Notes: generated from the sequence alone by a model not told the origin. A DNA stretch of 64,000 nt from Octopus sinensis (GCF_006345805.1 NC_042997.1:140554001-140618000), one strand, 5' to 3'. Positions 1 through 14,385 are shown, numbered from the stretch's first letter. Translations and numbers: made by a program.

Positions 1-819
1 GTGCATATATAAATACATATATGTAAATAAGAGGCAGAGTTCAGACATTGATGATGCAAACAGTGACGTGCACTTCCTTGCACCCCCTCCACCACCATGC
101 CCTGGCTTACCCATCATTAATGCCACCCTGCCGCTAATATATATATATATATGCACATACACAGACACACAGAATAATACCTTGCTTTGGTACTATCAAT
201 TTTTTTTGTGCTTATCTGTTGTTGCACTCTTTTTTTTTTTTTGTTGTTGGCGATAATATATTCAGTCAGACAGAACTACATTATTAAAATAATTGTATGT
301 CAACATGTTAGAAACTATGACACTAACTCGAGCATACTCCCACATACATCCAAATTGTTCCTGCTATACTTTCTTTCTTTTCATTCATCATGTGCAGAAC
401 ACCCTGTGTAACACCAAATTTTGAATCTCCATTGAAGCTGCTCTGGAAAAGCACCACATCATCATTTAATGTCTGTTGTCCATGCTGGCATGGGTTGGAT
501 GATTTAACCAGATCTGGCAGGCTGGGGAGCTGCACCAGACTCCAGTCTGATTTGACATGATTTCTATGGCTTGATGCCCTTCCAAATGCCAACCACTTCA
601 CAGAGTGTGCTAGGTGCTTTTGTGTAGTTCCACACATGCACTTTTATATGGTGCTGCACGGGCACTTTTACATGGCATCACATAGACACTTTTATGTGAC
701 AGCACATGGGTGATTTTATGTGGTACTGCATAAGTGCTTTTCTGATTGTAAAACTGCTGTTGCTGAGGGAGTTGGCAGAGAACAAATGTCGGGCATGTGT
801 GGGAAATTTTTAAAGACCT

Positions 820-1198
820 ATTGAGTCAAGTATGTCAACACCCACATCAAAATAAAAATCAAATGGAAATTGTAGTTATGGTACCCGTGCCAGTGGCACG
901 TAAAAAGCACCATCCGAACATGGCTGATGCCAGCGACACCTGACTGGCATCTGTGTTGATGACACGTAAAAAGCACCAACTGATCGTGGCTGTTTGCCAG
1001 CCTCCTTTGGCCCCTGTGCCAGTGGCACATAAAAAGCATCCACTACACTCACGGAGTGGTTGGTGGTAGGAAGGGCATCCAGCTGTACTGCCAGATCAGA
1101 CTGGAGCCTGGTGCAGCCTCCTGGCTTCCCAGACCCCAGTCGAACCATCCAACCCATGCTAGCATGGAAAACGGATGTTAAACGATGATGATGATGAT
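820..1198 (+). repeat. RTE-LINE 3' UTR repeat (representative). Other copies: ~457-620(-), 2834-3120(-), 9712-9980(+), 28612-28735(-), 28905-29097(+), 36615-36850(+), 40455-40683(+), 48808-49270(-), 63480-63590(+)
   Basis: Shared ggaagggcatccagctgtag...aacccatgc(t/c)agcatggaaa..gacgttaaa(tga)n, the same as the UTR attached to the RTE ORF at 47237-48097. Confidence 0.85.
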
Positions 1199-1504
1199 AG
1201 ACAAACCAGCAATTAAAATAGAATCATCAGGAAAAATGGAGAAGTAAATATTTGGGACAAACAGAAAACATCGTTGCTATATGGGTAGAGGCTGAATGTA
1301 AATATAGCTTACCATGTAGCTAACATATCTTTCATTTTTTACTTATTTCAGTCATTAGACTGTGGCCATGCTGGAGCACCACCTTGAAGAATTTTTAGTC
1401 GAATGAATTGACCCCACTACTTATTGTTTTTAAGCCTGGTACTTATTCTGTTGATCTCTTTTGCTGAACTGCTAAGTTACAGGGACATACATGCACCAAT
1501 ATTA

Positions 1505-1846
1505 CAGTTCTATATTTAAGAGATGAGGAATTATGTACATTATTTACATTTGACAGATATTTGTCCTCATCTTGGGGTTAGTAGCCCGCGCTCTTAACCA
1601 CTACGCCATATGCCCATGGGCAATTATGGAGTGAATTTTAGGGCTTATAAATCTAATATTTTTCTATCCTTCCTTAATACCGGTTCCCATTTGCTGCTCA
1701 TATCTGCACTCAGACTGCCTTGTAAAATGTAACATTTACCCAAGACACCTGAAGAGGATTGGAGGGTATATCAGCCGAAATGTTGTGTCAACAACAAAAA
1801 AGATAAGGACAAATATCTGTCAAATGTAAATAATGGAAATAATGTA
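1505..1846. mobile_element. Small non-autonomous Penelope-like insertion with hammerhead, nested in a SINE
   Basis: Direct repeat caccaatatta at 1494-1504 and 1847-1857; inverted segments ~1534-1574 / ~1800-1848; motif gacac-CTGAAGA-...-GAAA-tgtt-gtgtc at 1744-1789. Confidence 0.7.
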
Positions 1847-4163
1847 CACCAATATTAGTTGTCAATCAGTGGTGGTGAATAAACATGGACACAAAGACAC
1901 ACTCACTCACACACACACACACACACACACACGATGAGCTTCTTTTGGTTTCTGTCTACTAGATCCACTCACAAGGCTTTGGTTGGCCTGACACTACTGT
2001 AGAAGACACTTCCCCAATGTACCATGTAGTGGGACTGAACCATAACAATGTGGTTGAGAAACAAACTTCTTACTACACATCCATGCCTGATGGGGAAAAA
2101 AACTAAACATTTTGGGATGAGAAGGAGATAATTCAGAAGTATCCACATTTAGCAGAGGTCATGTTGCCTTGAATGAATGAATACATCAAAAGGAGTGATG
2201 CCTTTTTAATATTACAGTTTACAAGGCAACCTCAATGATGATAGTGCTATGACAAAATGCCCTTAGTACATCCTAGAATGTGCTTGGCAAATGAAAAGAG
2301 TTAACGTGGGACTGAGAGGACCCTTTATACTTGTCAAGGGCATGGCAACTTCTCTAGTGCTGAGGTCACATTTAAATTAAATGTTGCCAGTACACTCTGT
2401 AAAGTGGTTGGTGATAGAAAGGGCATCCAGTTATGGAACAAATGAATAAGATACAGCCCTCTAACCTGTCCAGGAGAGTAGCTCTGCATAAGAACTGACT
2501 CAGATTTTAACAAGCTGATCTATATCAACATAAAAAGTGGCTGTAAAATGATGATGATGATGATGACAGTGACGATGACAACGATGATAAATACATACAC
2601 ATGCATATTTATGAAAATATGTACACATGTATACTTTTGCTGGAGGTGAAACAACAAACTTACAGCTCATCCATGGTGTGTGTGTGTGCATTTGTGAGGA
2701 GAGTGTCTCAAACATGAAGATAGCTATGGTAAATTCTATCTTTTTCTCTAAAAGAAAAATTTGTAGGGGGTCCCTTTATTGAGAAGAGTTGTGGGCAACA
2801 TTAAAAAAACAAACAAACCAAACTGGACAAGACATCATCATCATCATTGTTTAATGTCTGTTTTCCACACTCGCATGGGTTGGATGGTTTAACTGGGGAC
2901 TCATAAGCCTGTAGGCTGCACCAGGCTCCAATCTGATCTGGCAAGGTTTCTACAGTGGGATGCCCTTCCTAACACCAACCACTCCGAGAGTGTAGTGGGT
3001 GCTGTTTACGTGCTACCAGCATGGGAGCCAGTCAGGCGGCACTGACATCGACCACATTCAGATGGTGCTTTTTACGTTCCGCTGGCATGTGGAGCCAAGT
3101 AGGCAGCACTGACATCCACCCATGTTTGAAAACAACGTTCGTATTTTGCACTTTTGGTGTGGTTTAAGATATGTTTTACGTAATACATAACACAATTAGA
3201 TTATTGACATCAATCAGTGGTTGCATATTTTGGCATTCCAACAAAAAAACATAAAGGGATTTATCCTGCAAGGTTGAACTGCAATCAAAGGTATACGTGA
3301 AGAGAAATTTAACACATGATATTGCCAAGAATGTAGATAAAGTAAGCGAATGCAAATATTCATTCTTCAGTGATGTGACAATACTAATAATGATGTATAT
3401 ATATAATATGTACTGCTATTGTTATTTATACGTTGACATTAAGAGAGAAGAAACATATAAAGTGTAGATTTTATCCTGAAATATTTCTTGGGGAAGTCAG
3501 TTGAGTGGTAGAAACCTGAGTGCCACTCAAAAATGTCCTGCTTCGTTTAGATATTGCTTTGTATGTTTTAAGTTCAGATCTTTGTCTTTTTTTCTTTTTA
3601 GGATTGATGAAATAGACACCAGTTGTATATTGAAGGTGTTTTAATAAAATATGCACTCTTAGCCACAAAGAAGACTGTTTATAAGAAGCAAACTTACTTT
3701 TCATGTATCTTTATGAAGTGAATACGTAGCCTCATCCTCATGAGTAAGTCTTTAAAAAAATATGTGTACCATGCAACCATGTTGTTGTGTACCTGAGCAG
3801 CATATACAATAAGCTGAGTATTATTACAAATTTGTATAGGGCAGCGAGCTGGCAGAATTGTTAGCGCCCTTGGCAAAATGCTTAGTAGCATTTTGACTAT
3901 ATTCTGAGTTCAAATTTCACTGAGGTTGACTTTGCTTTTCTTCCTTTCGGGTTCGATGAAAGAAGTATCAGTTGAGCACTGGGGTCAATGTAATCAACTT
4001 ATCCCCTCCTCTGAAATTGCTGGCCTTATGGCAAAATTTGAAATCATAAGTACAAGTTTATATTTAATGCAAATGACATGGAAATTTAAACCACAATAAT
4101 TCTTCAGTTTTCTATTTCTTCAAAAGCTCCTAGTAAATATAAAAGGACACTGGAATTAACACA

Positions 4164-4360
4164 CTATATTTTAACATGTATAAGGAACCTTCATGTATAA
4201 AGAACCCTCTTGTATAAGGACACCCTAATTTTGGGGCTTAAAATTTGGAAAAAAAAAGTTTTGTAAGGGATTATAATACTAGCTTTGTATAAGAAACTCC
4301 CATATTTTTTTAACTTAATTTTTTGACAAAATAGGGTCCCTTATACATGTTAAAATACAG
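4164..4360. mobile_element. Tc1/mariner-pogo-like MITE
   Basis: TIR ctatattttaacatgtataagg / ccttatacatgttaaaatacag, followed by TA on the right. Confidence 0.65.
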
Positions 4361-5299
4361 TAATTTGGCTGATGCTGGATTAAATTTATAATTTGGAGAA
4401 ATGTTTTTATTGATATATCTGTAGAAAGTTGTACAATGAAATGACTGACAGAGAAGGAAAAAACTATGAGAGAACTCTATCTCTTTGTGAATTAAAACTA
4501 ATCTTCCATTTTGATAAAAAATATAATAAAATTAGAATTAAAAAAAATTTTCTAGACTATGTAAACTCAAATTATTGCTTTCTTAGTAAAATATACATAC
4601 ACCTTTTATAGTGCATATCATTAAGTACTGAAATACTCCCACTACTGAAGGTAGCTAGGAAAAACACACCATTTGCAGCATATGGCAGACTTCAACTTTT
4701 GTTGAGCTCTACTCATTATTGCATATAGTTGCTGTTTATCTGAACTGACTACACATAGACTGTGAGACCAATCTCTCATTCCTTCAAACATAATACTTCT
4801 TTTGCTATAAAGCTGCATGTCATGTGATTATTATATAGTTAGGACATTGATTTTTTTTTTTACATCGTTACAGTGATTTTTTTTTCCTTGTGCTGTCTTG
4901 CTGGCTTTGTGAGTCATCTACAGCAGTATCTGTAATTGCAATGACGTTGGCAGAATGCCATTTCTGTGACACGCAATTTGGTGTCCAAGTTCACTTGGTC
5001 ATTTGATGGGCATGGCCACTTTTAAAGATGGCATCGCTCATCAGCAAAACAGTCATGTTTTAGAATATATTTCCCTGTAAAAATATTTAATTGTTGTTTA
5101 GAACATATTTAAATTTCAAACCTCCACACTAATACACCTGCACTTGTTTTGTCTGTGTGTGTATGAGTGTATATATATGTATGTGACTGAACAAGATATA
5201 GCTATCTTCTATGTAGGAAAGGTCACACTATTTCACTGTATTTTTCACACTCAAGATAAATGTAGTGTTATTGAACAATAAACTTATAAACTTAAGAGT

Positions 5300-5336
<37 letters not shown>

Positions 5337-5967
5337 GACTGCAAGCAGTTATTGTCTTAATGTTGATGGTGTTTAATGTTGTTTACGCAATATATACATC
5401 ACTTGTAACAACAAAGTCATAGAGATTTCTTATGCTGGCACAACTTCAAACATTTTGGGAAGGCACGTCGCAGAAAATTATTTGGGAGGCCTTTCTATCT
5501 TCCACTCTAGTAATAGTAATGATAATAATAATAATAATCCTTTTTACCTTAGGCACAGGGCCTGAAATTTTGTAGGAAGTGGATAGTCAATTACATCAGC
5601 CCCAGTACTTAACTGGTTCTTATTTTATTGACTCTGAAAGGGTGAAAGGCAAAGTTCACCTCTGACCTCTGTGGAATTTGAACTCAGAATGTAATAGTAA
5701 CAACAATAACAACAACAACAATAATAATAGTAATAATAATAATAATAATAACCCTTTCTACTATAAGCATACAAACTGAAATTTTGGTGGGAAGAGGTTA
5801 AGCTGATTACATCAATCGCAGTACTCAACTGGTATTTAATTTATCAATCCTGAAAGAATGGAAGACGAAGTTGACCTCAGTGGAATTTAAACTCAGAACG
5901 CAAAGACAGAAGAAATGAAAGCATTTTGCCCGGCATGCTAACAATTCTGCCAGCTTGCTGCCTTCAA

Positions 5968-6122
5968 TATAATAATAATAATAATAATGATAATAATAAT
6001 GATAATTATAATAATAATAATAATGATAATAATAATCATAATAATGATAATAATAATCATAATAATGATGATGTTAATAATGATAATAATTATAATGAGA
6101 ATAACAACAACAATAATAATGA
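5968..6122. repeat. Interrupted (AAT)n microsatellite
   Basis: Directly visible; source of the poly-Asn ORF 5926-6189. Confidence 0.95.
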
Positions 6123-6277
6123 TTTCAAATTTTGGTATAAAGTCAGCAATTTTTTAGGGGAAGTTGAATACATTGACCCCTGTACTTGACTGATACTTAT
6201 TTTATTTACCCTGAAAGGCAAGTTGGCCTCAGTGGAATTTGAACTCAAAACATAATAGTAATAAGAATAATAATAAT

Positions 6278-6855
6278 AGACAAGATGAAGAGCGCGATGT
6301 AATAACAATAGATATTTTTTTGGTTGAACAATATTTCAACAGCAAGCCTGTCTTTGGTCGAGTTCAAAATAGAAAGTAATAAAAATTCAAATCTAAAGTA
6401 TGAATGAGAGCAACCAGTGTCCACACATTGATGGAATGACATCATCAGTCTTTAAGTTTCAATTTTATAACAGGCGTAAAGAAAAAGACAGAAAAAAGAG
6501 GAAAGGAAAAAGAATATTTAATCAAACAGTTTTGTGTAAATTTGATCAAATATTCTTTTTTTCTTTCCTCTCTTTTTTTTTGTCTTTTTTCTATCTTTTT
6601 CTTTTCGCCTGTTATAAAATTGAAACTTAAAGACTGATGATGTTATTCCGTCAATGCATGGATGCTGGTTGCGCTTATTCATACTTTAAATTCGAATTTC
6701 TATAATTTTGAATTTTTATCATTTTCTATTTTGAACTTGACAAAGATAGGCTTGCTGTTGAAATATCATTCAACCAATAAAATATTGCTATTGCATCATG
6801 CTCTTTGTCTTGTCTGTTTACCTTTGTGAAGAGTTATTTCAATCCTTTTAAAATA
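6278..6855. repeat. ~540-bp imperfect palindrome plus short tail, between (AAT)n tracts
   Basis: 6278-~6520 is the diverged reverse complement of ~6548-6815 (e.g. catcatcagtctttaagtttcaattttataacaggcg / cgcctgttataaaattgaaacttaaagactgatgatg). Confidence 0.85.
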
Positions 6856-9261
6856 TAAAATAATAATAATAATGGTTTTTGATTTTAGTGCAAGGCCAGT
6901 GAATTTTGAGGAGAAGGGTTTAGTCAATACCATCAACTAGTACTTGACTGATATTTTATTCTATTGACCCCAAAAAGATGAAAGATATAGAGTTGGCCTT
7001 TGTGGGATTTGAACACAGAACATTTTTACAATTCTGTCGCTCCATCACCCTGCAGTGGTACTTTTCTTGTTTAGCAATCCCAAAAGAATGAAAGGTAAAA
7101 TTGACTGCAGTGAGATTTGAACTCATGGCACAGAGAGTCAGAACTAATACTATATAGTGAGCTGTCCAACACCCTTTGGTTCTGCTAATTCATTGCCATA
7201 ACAAAATTGTTAGTTGAGTGACCCACTATGCAGGCTGGCATGGAGTTCTCTCCGTGCTGAGCTGCAAGCCTACATACACATACTCTGATTAATACATCCT
7301 CTTGTTACCATTCTGTATTCCTTTGGAATGTTTACATTTTGTAATTATCATAAAATGACTATGTTAGAAATTTTGGTCTCTGTGTTGGCTACCAAATTCA
7401 AATCTAAATCCAGAGTTTGTTGAGCAAGTCACCTTGCTTCCAGGTCACATGCATTTATGGAATAAACATTTAGTATATAGCTTTGTCGGGTAGAGAGAAA
7501 GTGAGAGAGGTTATGTAGTTGGATTTTGCAAAGCAGGTAATCTGGTTTTCTTGACAAGAAGGCTTTCTCAAAATCATCATCATTGTTGTTTTAACATCCA
7601 CTTTTCATGTTTGCACGGGTCAGACAGAATTTGTTGAGGCTAGTTTTCTACTTCTGGATACTCTTCCTGTCATCAACCCTCACCAGTTTCCATATAAGGT
7701 AGTATTTCCCCATTGCCAAACATAGATTTCATGGTAGTCTGGAAACAAACAACTTATATGACAGCGATGCTTGTTTACAACTGCTCTATTTCAGAAAATT
7801 CTTGTATCAAATATGAAACCTTGTCTCAAGGTCACATACATTTCTGATAATACTTCCAGCAAGAATCTATTTGAGTTGTTAGGGTGATTATCATATCAAC
7901 GCTTACCCTTTTATATGCATTTTTCTGCATGTTTTTTGTCACGTATTCCATCAAACTATTGCTGTTTTTATTTACAACAACGTAATTAACGAGGAGTTAT
8001 TTGTGTGGGATGCTGTTGTCTTCCATGTTTCTTTTGATCTTTCTGTGCAGTTGCTGTGTTAGTGTATTTTTCTGTTGTTGATTTAGTTGTTTATACAGTG
8101 GGAGTGGTAGTGGTAATTGTTGTTGTTGTTGTTGTTGTTTTCACAGATTTTTTTTTTTTTGGTTGTGTTTCTGCGGTTGTAGGTTTAGTCTTTGTTTATG
8201 TTGTAGTCAAGAAGTTATAGTGCCAAAATGATACCAGAAAAATTGTGTAGCTTATGTTACCTTTATATATGTATTCAGTTTGGTAGTATCTTTGAATCTT
8301 CCTTGCGAGTTATCATAACATTCTAGCAAAAATAAATAAATAAATAAATAAACAAAGCAAAACAAAATAAAAGACTCCCCTTCCACATCCTTCAAAGCCT
8401 CACTATTGATACATCTCCTATAATTGAACATGTCTAGGAATTTCAGAATCTTTAAAGAATACAACAGTACTTTTAAAGGATACAAACAGTATAATTATAG
8501 GAAAACACGATTGGAGAGTAAATCTACAGATTAAACATAAGTCTATATTTAAAACTTTGGATATATTTAAAACTTTAGCTTCATGCAACATTAGAATTCT
8601 GTCTTGTCTTATGTTCTTTGAAAAATATATTTGTCCAAAACATAAGATGTGAACTGTGTTAGTACAGATGTACCTGAAAAGCAAATTTTCAGAAAATTGT
8701 GTTTATTGTTGGCAAATAGTTTTTTTTTTGTGGTAGTAAGGGTTAGACAGAGATACTTGAAGCAGGATCTTTACAGCCAGATGGATGCTTTTCCTGTCAC
8801 CAACCATTACTTGTTTTTCAAGTAAGGAAATTTTTATTTCAGAAGAACGAGAAAGTGCAGAGCTAGTGAATGGTTTGTTGATAGGAAATGTCAACATCTG
8901 TCACTGGTTCCAGCTCAGCGACAAATGGTGATACCTGCATCTGTAGCATAGCTCACTGTAAATTGTAAGCATTCACTCATGTACACACACACACACTCCT
9001 TTCAGTTTCTGCCTACCAAAGGCTTAGATGTAAAGTGAATTCATTTCACTTTACATATTGTGGCTGTGCAGTTAGGAAGCTTGCTTCCCATTCACTTTGT
9101 TCAAGGTTCAGTTCCACTATGCAACACCTTGGACAAGTGTTTTCTACTATTGTCCCTGTCTGACCAAAGCCTTGTATGTGGACTTCATAGATGGAAGCTG
9201 AAAGAAGGCCATTATGTGTGTATGCCCCCTCCTCTCTCTCTCTATATATATATATACACAC

Positions 9262-9667
9262 ACACAAATATGAGAGAGAATCCACTATGTGGACGCCCTT
9301 ACGCTAAAGAGAGATCCGCATGAGTCTCAACCACTAAAAATTGTTTTCAATAAAAATTGAAAATGAAAAATAACAAAAAAATATAGATTAACCCCATGGG
9401 GTTAATCAATATTTTTGTTATTTTTCATTTGTCCTGCTTGCTTACGTTCATAGTGTGCTAAATTTTTCTTGAGAACAATTCTTAGTGGTTGAGACTCATG
9501 CGGACCTCTCTTTAGTGTAAGGGCGTCCACATAATGGATTCTCTCTCATATTTGTGTATTAATAATATTTACTGAATCTCAGTTTTTTATGTGCCAAACC
9601 ACTGGTGTTAAATTGATGTTATTAAATTAACATCCAATTTTTTCACCCTCATTTTGATTTTAATTCT
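9262..9667. repeat. Palindromic insertion plus tail, between TA/CA tracts, interrupting a SINE
   Basis: 9262-~9360 is inverted relative to ~9460-9557; centre gattaaccccatggggttaatc (9386-9407); tail 9558-9667 then (TA)n. Confidence 0.85.
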
Positions 9668-9676
9668 ATATATATA

Positions 9677-9708
<32 letters not shown>

Positions 9709-12700
9709 TTACATACCAGTGCCGCTGGACTGGCTCCTGTGCAGGTGGCACATAAAAGGCACCATTTGAGCATTGTCGTTGCCAGTACTGCCTGACTGGC
9801 CCTCATGCCGTCAGCATGTAAAAGCACCCACTACACTGATGGAGTGGTTGGCATTCAGCTGCAGAAACTCTGCCAGATCAGATTGGAGTCTGGTGCAGCC
9901 ATCTGGTTTGCCAGACCTCAGTCAAATCGTCCAACCCATGCTAGCATGGAAAGCAGACGTTAAACGGTGATGATGATGATATATATATATATGTGTGTGT
10001 GTGTGTTGGTGTTTCCCTGTCTTGACATAGTGTATTTGTTGTAAACAAATGTCACTGTCATATAAAGTGTTCTTCTTTTCCAAACATCTGTGAAAATATG
10101 TTCAGTCATGGGGAAATATCACCTTACTTGGAAACAAATGAGTGTTGGTGATAGGAAGAGTATCTACCTGGCTGTATGAAATTTGCCTCAACAAATTCCA
10201 TTCAATCAGTGTGAACCAGTTTGAACACAGAAAAGTGGATGTTAAATGATTATAATAATGATGATGATGGCAACAGAATATGCAAAGAAGAGTGAAAAAC
10301 TGGGTGGTGCAATACTTAATCAGTTGGAAATTTACAGACTGTCTAATGAAAAAAGATGAATGAGAGAACTGTGGGCTTTGGTCAAAGAACATACGTTCTA
10401 GAGTGCAGCTTTTTGGGTTTTTTTTTCTCTAGGCTTGAATTCAATGCTGCAGTCAACTGAAACACTCTGCATAGTGTTACCATTCTTTGCAATCGTGATT
10501 TGTATCTGTCTGCTGCTAATTGCTCAATTACAGTTATTAGAAAATGCAGGGTGTGTAATGGAGCCAGACAAAGTAATCAAGATTAAGATGATGACACCAC
10601 CACCACATAGTGATAAAGCCTGGTCAACCCTGCTTAAGCAGGAGACAGATGTTCAAACATAAATATTTAACAGGCATTTCATGCTTTGTCCAGCCTTATG
10701 TCTTTTTGAAGAACATGCAGAGCAAAAGCAATGTTATCACTTGTTACAGTTCCTATTTTAAGGATGGTTTGGGAGTTTATCCAAAGAAGATTAATTAAGC
10801 TGCCACTCTAAACAGGTTGAGTGACTAAAATAGAATCTCCCATGCTGCTTTCTCTCTACACATATGTAACTATATAACTTATTTCATTGTTAGACAACTA
10901 TGTTGTAGTGGGTGGCTTTTATCTTTTTATTTTACTTTTTGTTAATGGCTCAGTCAGAGGAGGAAGGACAGTTCACATGGTTTTTTTCAGAGCCTTAGTG
11001 ACCAGTGGGTAAAAGTTATCCTTACATTAGAGGCGTGACATGATTGCTTGCAACAAAATGGACTCTGTTAAAGGCTGCCAAGGACCAGGTAGTGGTGGTA
11101 GTGTTGAATCAGGTAAACAGACCTGACTACTCAGAATTAAGTGCTTTGTTTCAGGACACACCAGCATCACAGTAATACTGATGGTAACTGGATACGAACT
11201 GAGAAATCTCCAGTTCAAAAAGTTGAATGCATTTCAACACTCAGCTAATTTTAGTGAATGTCCTTCCGTTTTCCATAATTGAAATAGTTGTACAAGAACT
11301 GTCACTATTTCAACTACTCCAGTTTCTGCAATAATGATGGGAAGAACTAATAGCAGCAACAGAATGCAGCTATTCATAGCTGTTTATTTTATGTGCATGA
11401 TGGTGGTGGCTGTCTGGCTGGATGAAAGCAACAAGAAGGTTTGTAATGGTGGTGATAGCGATGGTGGTTGTAGTAATAACTCGCTGTAGTGACTGTGGTG
11501 CTTGTAATGGTGGTAGCAGTCCTAGTGGTTGTATTATGAACATATTAGTGATAACGGTAGTGAAGTGGAGGAAAACATGGGGACGGTAGTAGAGGGCAGG
11601 GATAAGTGGGGTGGTTTTAGTGTTTCGTGCCAATTGATGATATTAATGTTGGTGATGGTGATGGAGTGTCAAATTAATTAACCGAAAAATAATCTCGTCC
11701 AGTCTTTTTGTAATCTCGTGGGAACTGAAAACTATTGTGATATTTTCTTTGAAAGTTTCGAGGAATCTACTTCCCGCCATTATAGAGACATTATTGGGAC
11801 ATCCTGTACCTGTTTTTGTTTCCTCTTTTTTTTATAGTTTTTATACATACTTTTTTCTGCTCAGAAATCATGTGAAACCTAACTGCAATTGGCAGTCAGT
11901 AAACACCCATCCGTGCTGATTCACTTGGATGAGCATATTCACAGGAGTTTTAGGAAGGAATGCACACCATTCTCATAGAGAATTTAATGCCCTAGATAGA
12001 CCCTGTGTGATCAAGAATAATTCATCAGTAGATGACCATCCCTATTGAATTTTTTTCCTGTAGCTTTGCGCATACTCCTGACTGTTTAATATGTTCATGC
12101 CCAACCCTGCAAATTCATTTCTGATTAATTTGTCGTTAGAGGACACGCAGTATCTTTGATTTTTGCAAGCTTTTCCAGAATGGTAGAATCGATTCTTGTG
12201 TGAGTTGACATCTATATGGAAAATAAGGGACAGTGAGGAAATTCTTGCAGATTGTAAGGCCTGTGAAGGAACAAGTGATGAAACGTATAGTTATTTTGGG
12301 AGAAAGATGGGTACATTGCTTCCTAGTTCAAGGGAGCAAAAGTCTTCATAGTAAGTTCAGGGGCTATGTAAGAGAGATGCCAATAAGGTACATTGCCTAA
12401 GCTGGAGGCTGTAACTTGGTAGTTAGAATGTAGAGAATTTGTTTATTATTCTTTTAAGATCAATAAAAAGAGGTATAAATCATGCGAGGGTTGATTTCAG
12501 TGATATTCCTTACAAATGTGTTCTTGCTTCAATGCGACACATCAATATTTAGTGAGAGTTGTCAGATGGTTTAGTAATTAAAAGAAGAAAACAAATATTG
12601 CGAAACAAAGCAGTTCCAGTGGAAGCTGTTTTCAAAGAAGCAGAAGTGTTTAATACAGGTTCAGGTAGTGTATGATAACATATTGAGACATTGAGAGGAA

Positions 12701-13332
12701 GAAATGGAGATCTAAGTAGGAGGAGTCTGGAAATTCAGCGAAATACAAGCTGTTGTAAGTGCTATTAAAAGAAGACAAAGCTCAATGACTTTCATACAGT
12801 AATAGTGTTTGTGAATGGAGTATTGCCAATAAAACGGAAAGGGCTTATTTTGGATACTGCATAAAGTGTGTGTGTGTGTTGTGCACTGTTATAGATGTAT
12901 AAGCTTTCACCACACAGAAAGAAAATGGGGTGAAGAACTTTTCTTTTTTTTTTTTTGGCAATGTACTCGTAGCTTATATCAGGAAATCACCGTAGGCAAT
13001 GTTCTGTGAAATATTTGCTTGAAATAATTCCACTTGTTTCTTCAGGAGCTTGAGATGTGATTGATTCATCAAACAGAAAAACATTTGAGTTTATTACTAT
13101 TACCATTACAGTTTTTAGTTACCACACTTTATGTTCTGTGTTCAAATCTCACAGGGGCTTGACTTTGTTAATCATCTTCCCAGGTTCAATAAAATGGCTG
13201 CCAATCAGGGCCTGAAATCCATTTAATTGATTGTGCTATCCCTCCAAACATGTAGTTTTGTATCAAAGAAATTGTAACAGAAACTAGGGACTTACATTAG
13301 TTTATTGAGACAGTCAGTACTACTCACTCGCA

Positions 13333-13733
13333 AAGGCAATGAGCTGGCAGAAACGTTAGCATGCCGGGTGAAATGCTTAGCGGTATTTCGTCTGCCACTA
13401 TGTTCTGAGTTCAAATTCCGCCCAGGTCGACTTTGCCTTTCATCCTTTCAGGGTCGATAAATTAAGTATCAGTTATGCACTGGGATCTATGTAATCAACT
13501 TAATCCGTTTGTCTGTCCTTGTTTGTCTCCTCTATGTTTAGCCCCTTGTGGGTAATAAAGAAATAGGTATTTCGTCTATCTTTACGTTCTGAGTTCAAAT
13601 TCTGCCGAGGTTGACTTTGCCTTTCATCCTTTTGGGGTATCGATAAATTAAGTACCAGTTGTGTACTGGAGTCGCTCTAATCAACTTCCCCACTCCCCCA
13701 AAATTTCGGGCCTTGTGCCTAGAGTAGAAAAGA
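13333..13733 (+). mobile_element. SINE family B with duplicated central domain. Other copies: ~3838-4045(+), 5535-5965(-), 19083-19215(-), 29360-29748(+), 36470-36610(-), 41580-41980(-), 45640-45770(+), 52400-52590(-), 57310-57490(-)
   Basis: Head gagctggcagaa..gttagc, B box gagttcaaattcc, and ccgaggtcgactttgcctttcatcctttcggggtcgataaattaagtaccag, which resembles the Nin/Deu-type conserved SINE domain (recalled, not searched). Confidence 0.8.
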
Positions 13734-14073
13734 ATACTACTCACTTACAAGATTGTATTCAGTGACAGATGTATCTATTAACAATGGGAAATCAGAAGTA
13801 TAGTGATCTGGTTACAGTGAAAATATAAAATATGTAAGCAGATGCAGGTGCTAGAATAAAAGTGAAATTGTCTCACACAGTGCACATTAGCTTTAGTGGG
13901 AGGCATTTTATAATGGTAATCACATTTGCCTGTACTGGAGGGCTTAATCCTGTTATGTAATATTTTCATAGTTACTAATTATTACTGTCTTAAATATGTT
14001 AAATAATTTCAAATGATTTTCTTTTTTAACAGAATATATGTATGAAACGATGCCTGAGATATTGGCTTTTTAA

Positions 14074-14322
14074 CACATAAAGCACGACGGGCCATGATTG
14101 TGGCCGTCAGGCACAGATCGACAGGCCACGATCATGGCCTAGATAGATGCATTTAATTTATGGCCATTTGTTGGGGTCTAATGTCACTCAAACACTCCGA
14201 TATCCCACTGAATGCAAGAGGACTAATAGATCAGCTAATGGCTTTGTGCATAATAGTCTCATTTTCATAAAATGTACTCAGCAGTCCATGCTATGTAAGT
14301 GCAAATCCTAATGCTTTATAGG
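14074..14322. mobile_element. Possible piggyBac-like MITE
   Basis: TTAA on both sides; imperfect TIR cacataaagca / tgctttatagg. Confidence 0.45.
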
Positions 14323-14385
14323 TTAAATAACGTTTTATTTCCATTAATTTTCCAAGTAGATCACAGTAGCTCCAAGATAAAATAA

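Noticed and set aside
262-391. Minus-strand C/D-box snoRNA (ATGATGA...CTGA)
   Set aside because: No terminal stem or recognisable rRNA guide; both boxes are frequent by chance.
5625-6308. Poly-Tyr/Cys and poly-Asn ORFs, and the [12 protein letters not shown] ORFs elsewhere
   Set aside because: Translations of microsatellites and SINE bodies with no protein-family signal.
11880-12870. Ancient LINE or coding remnant (likewise 40690-41540)
   Set aside because: Composition is suggestive, but I could not recover a defensible motif without a translated search.
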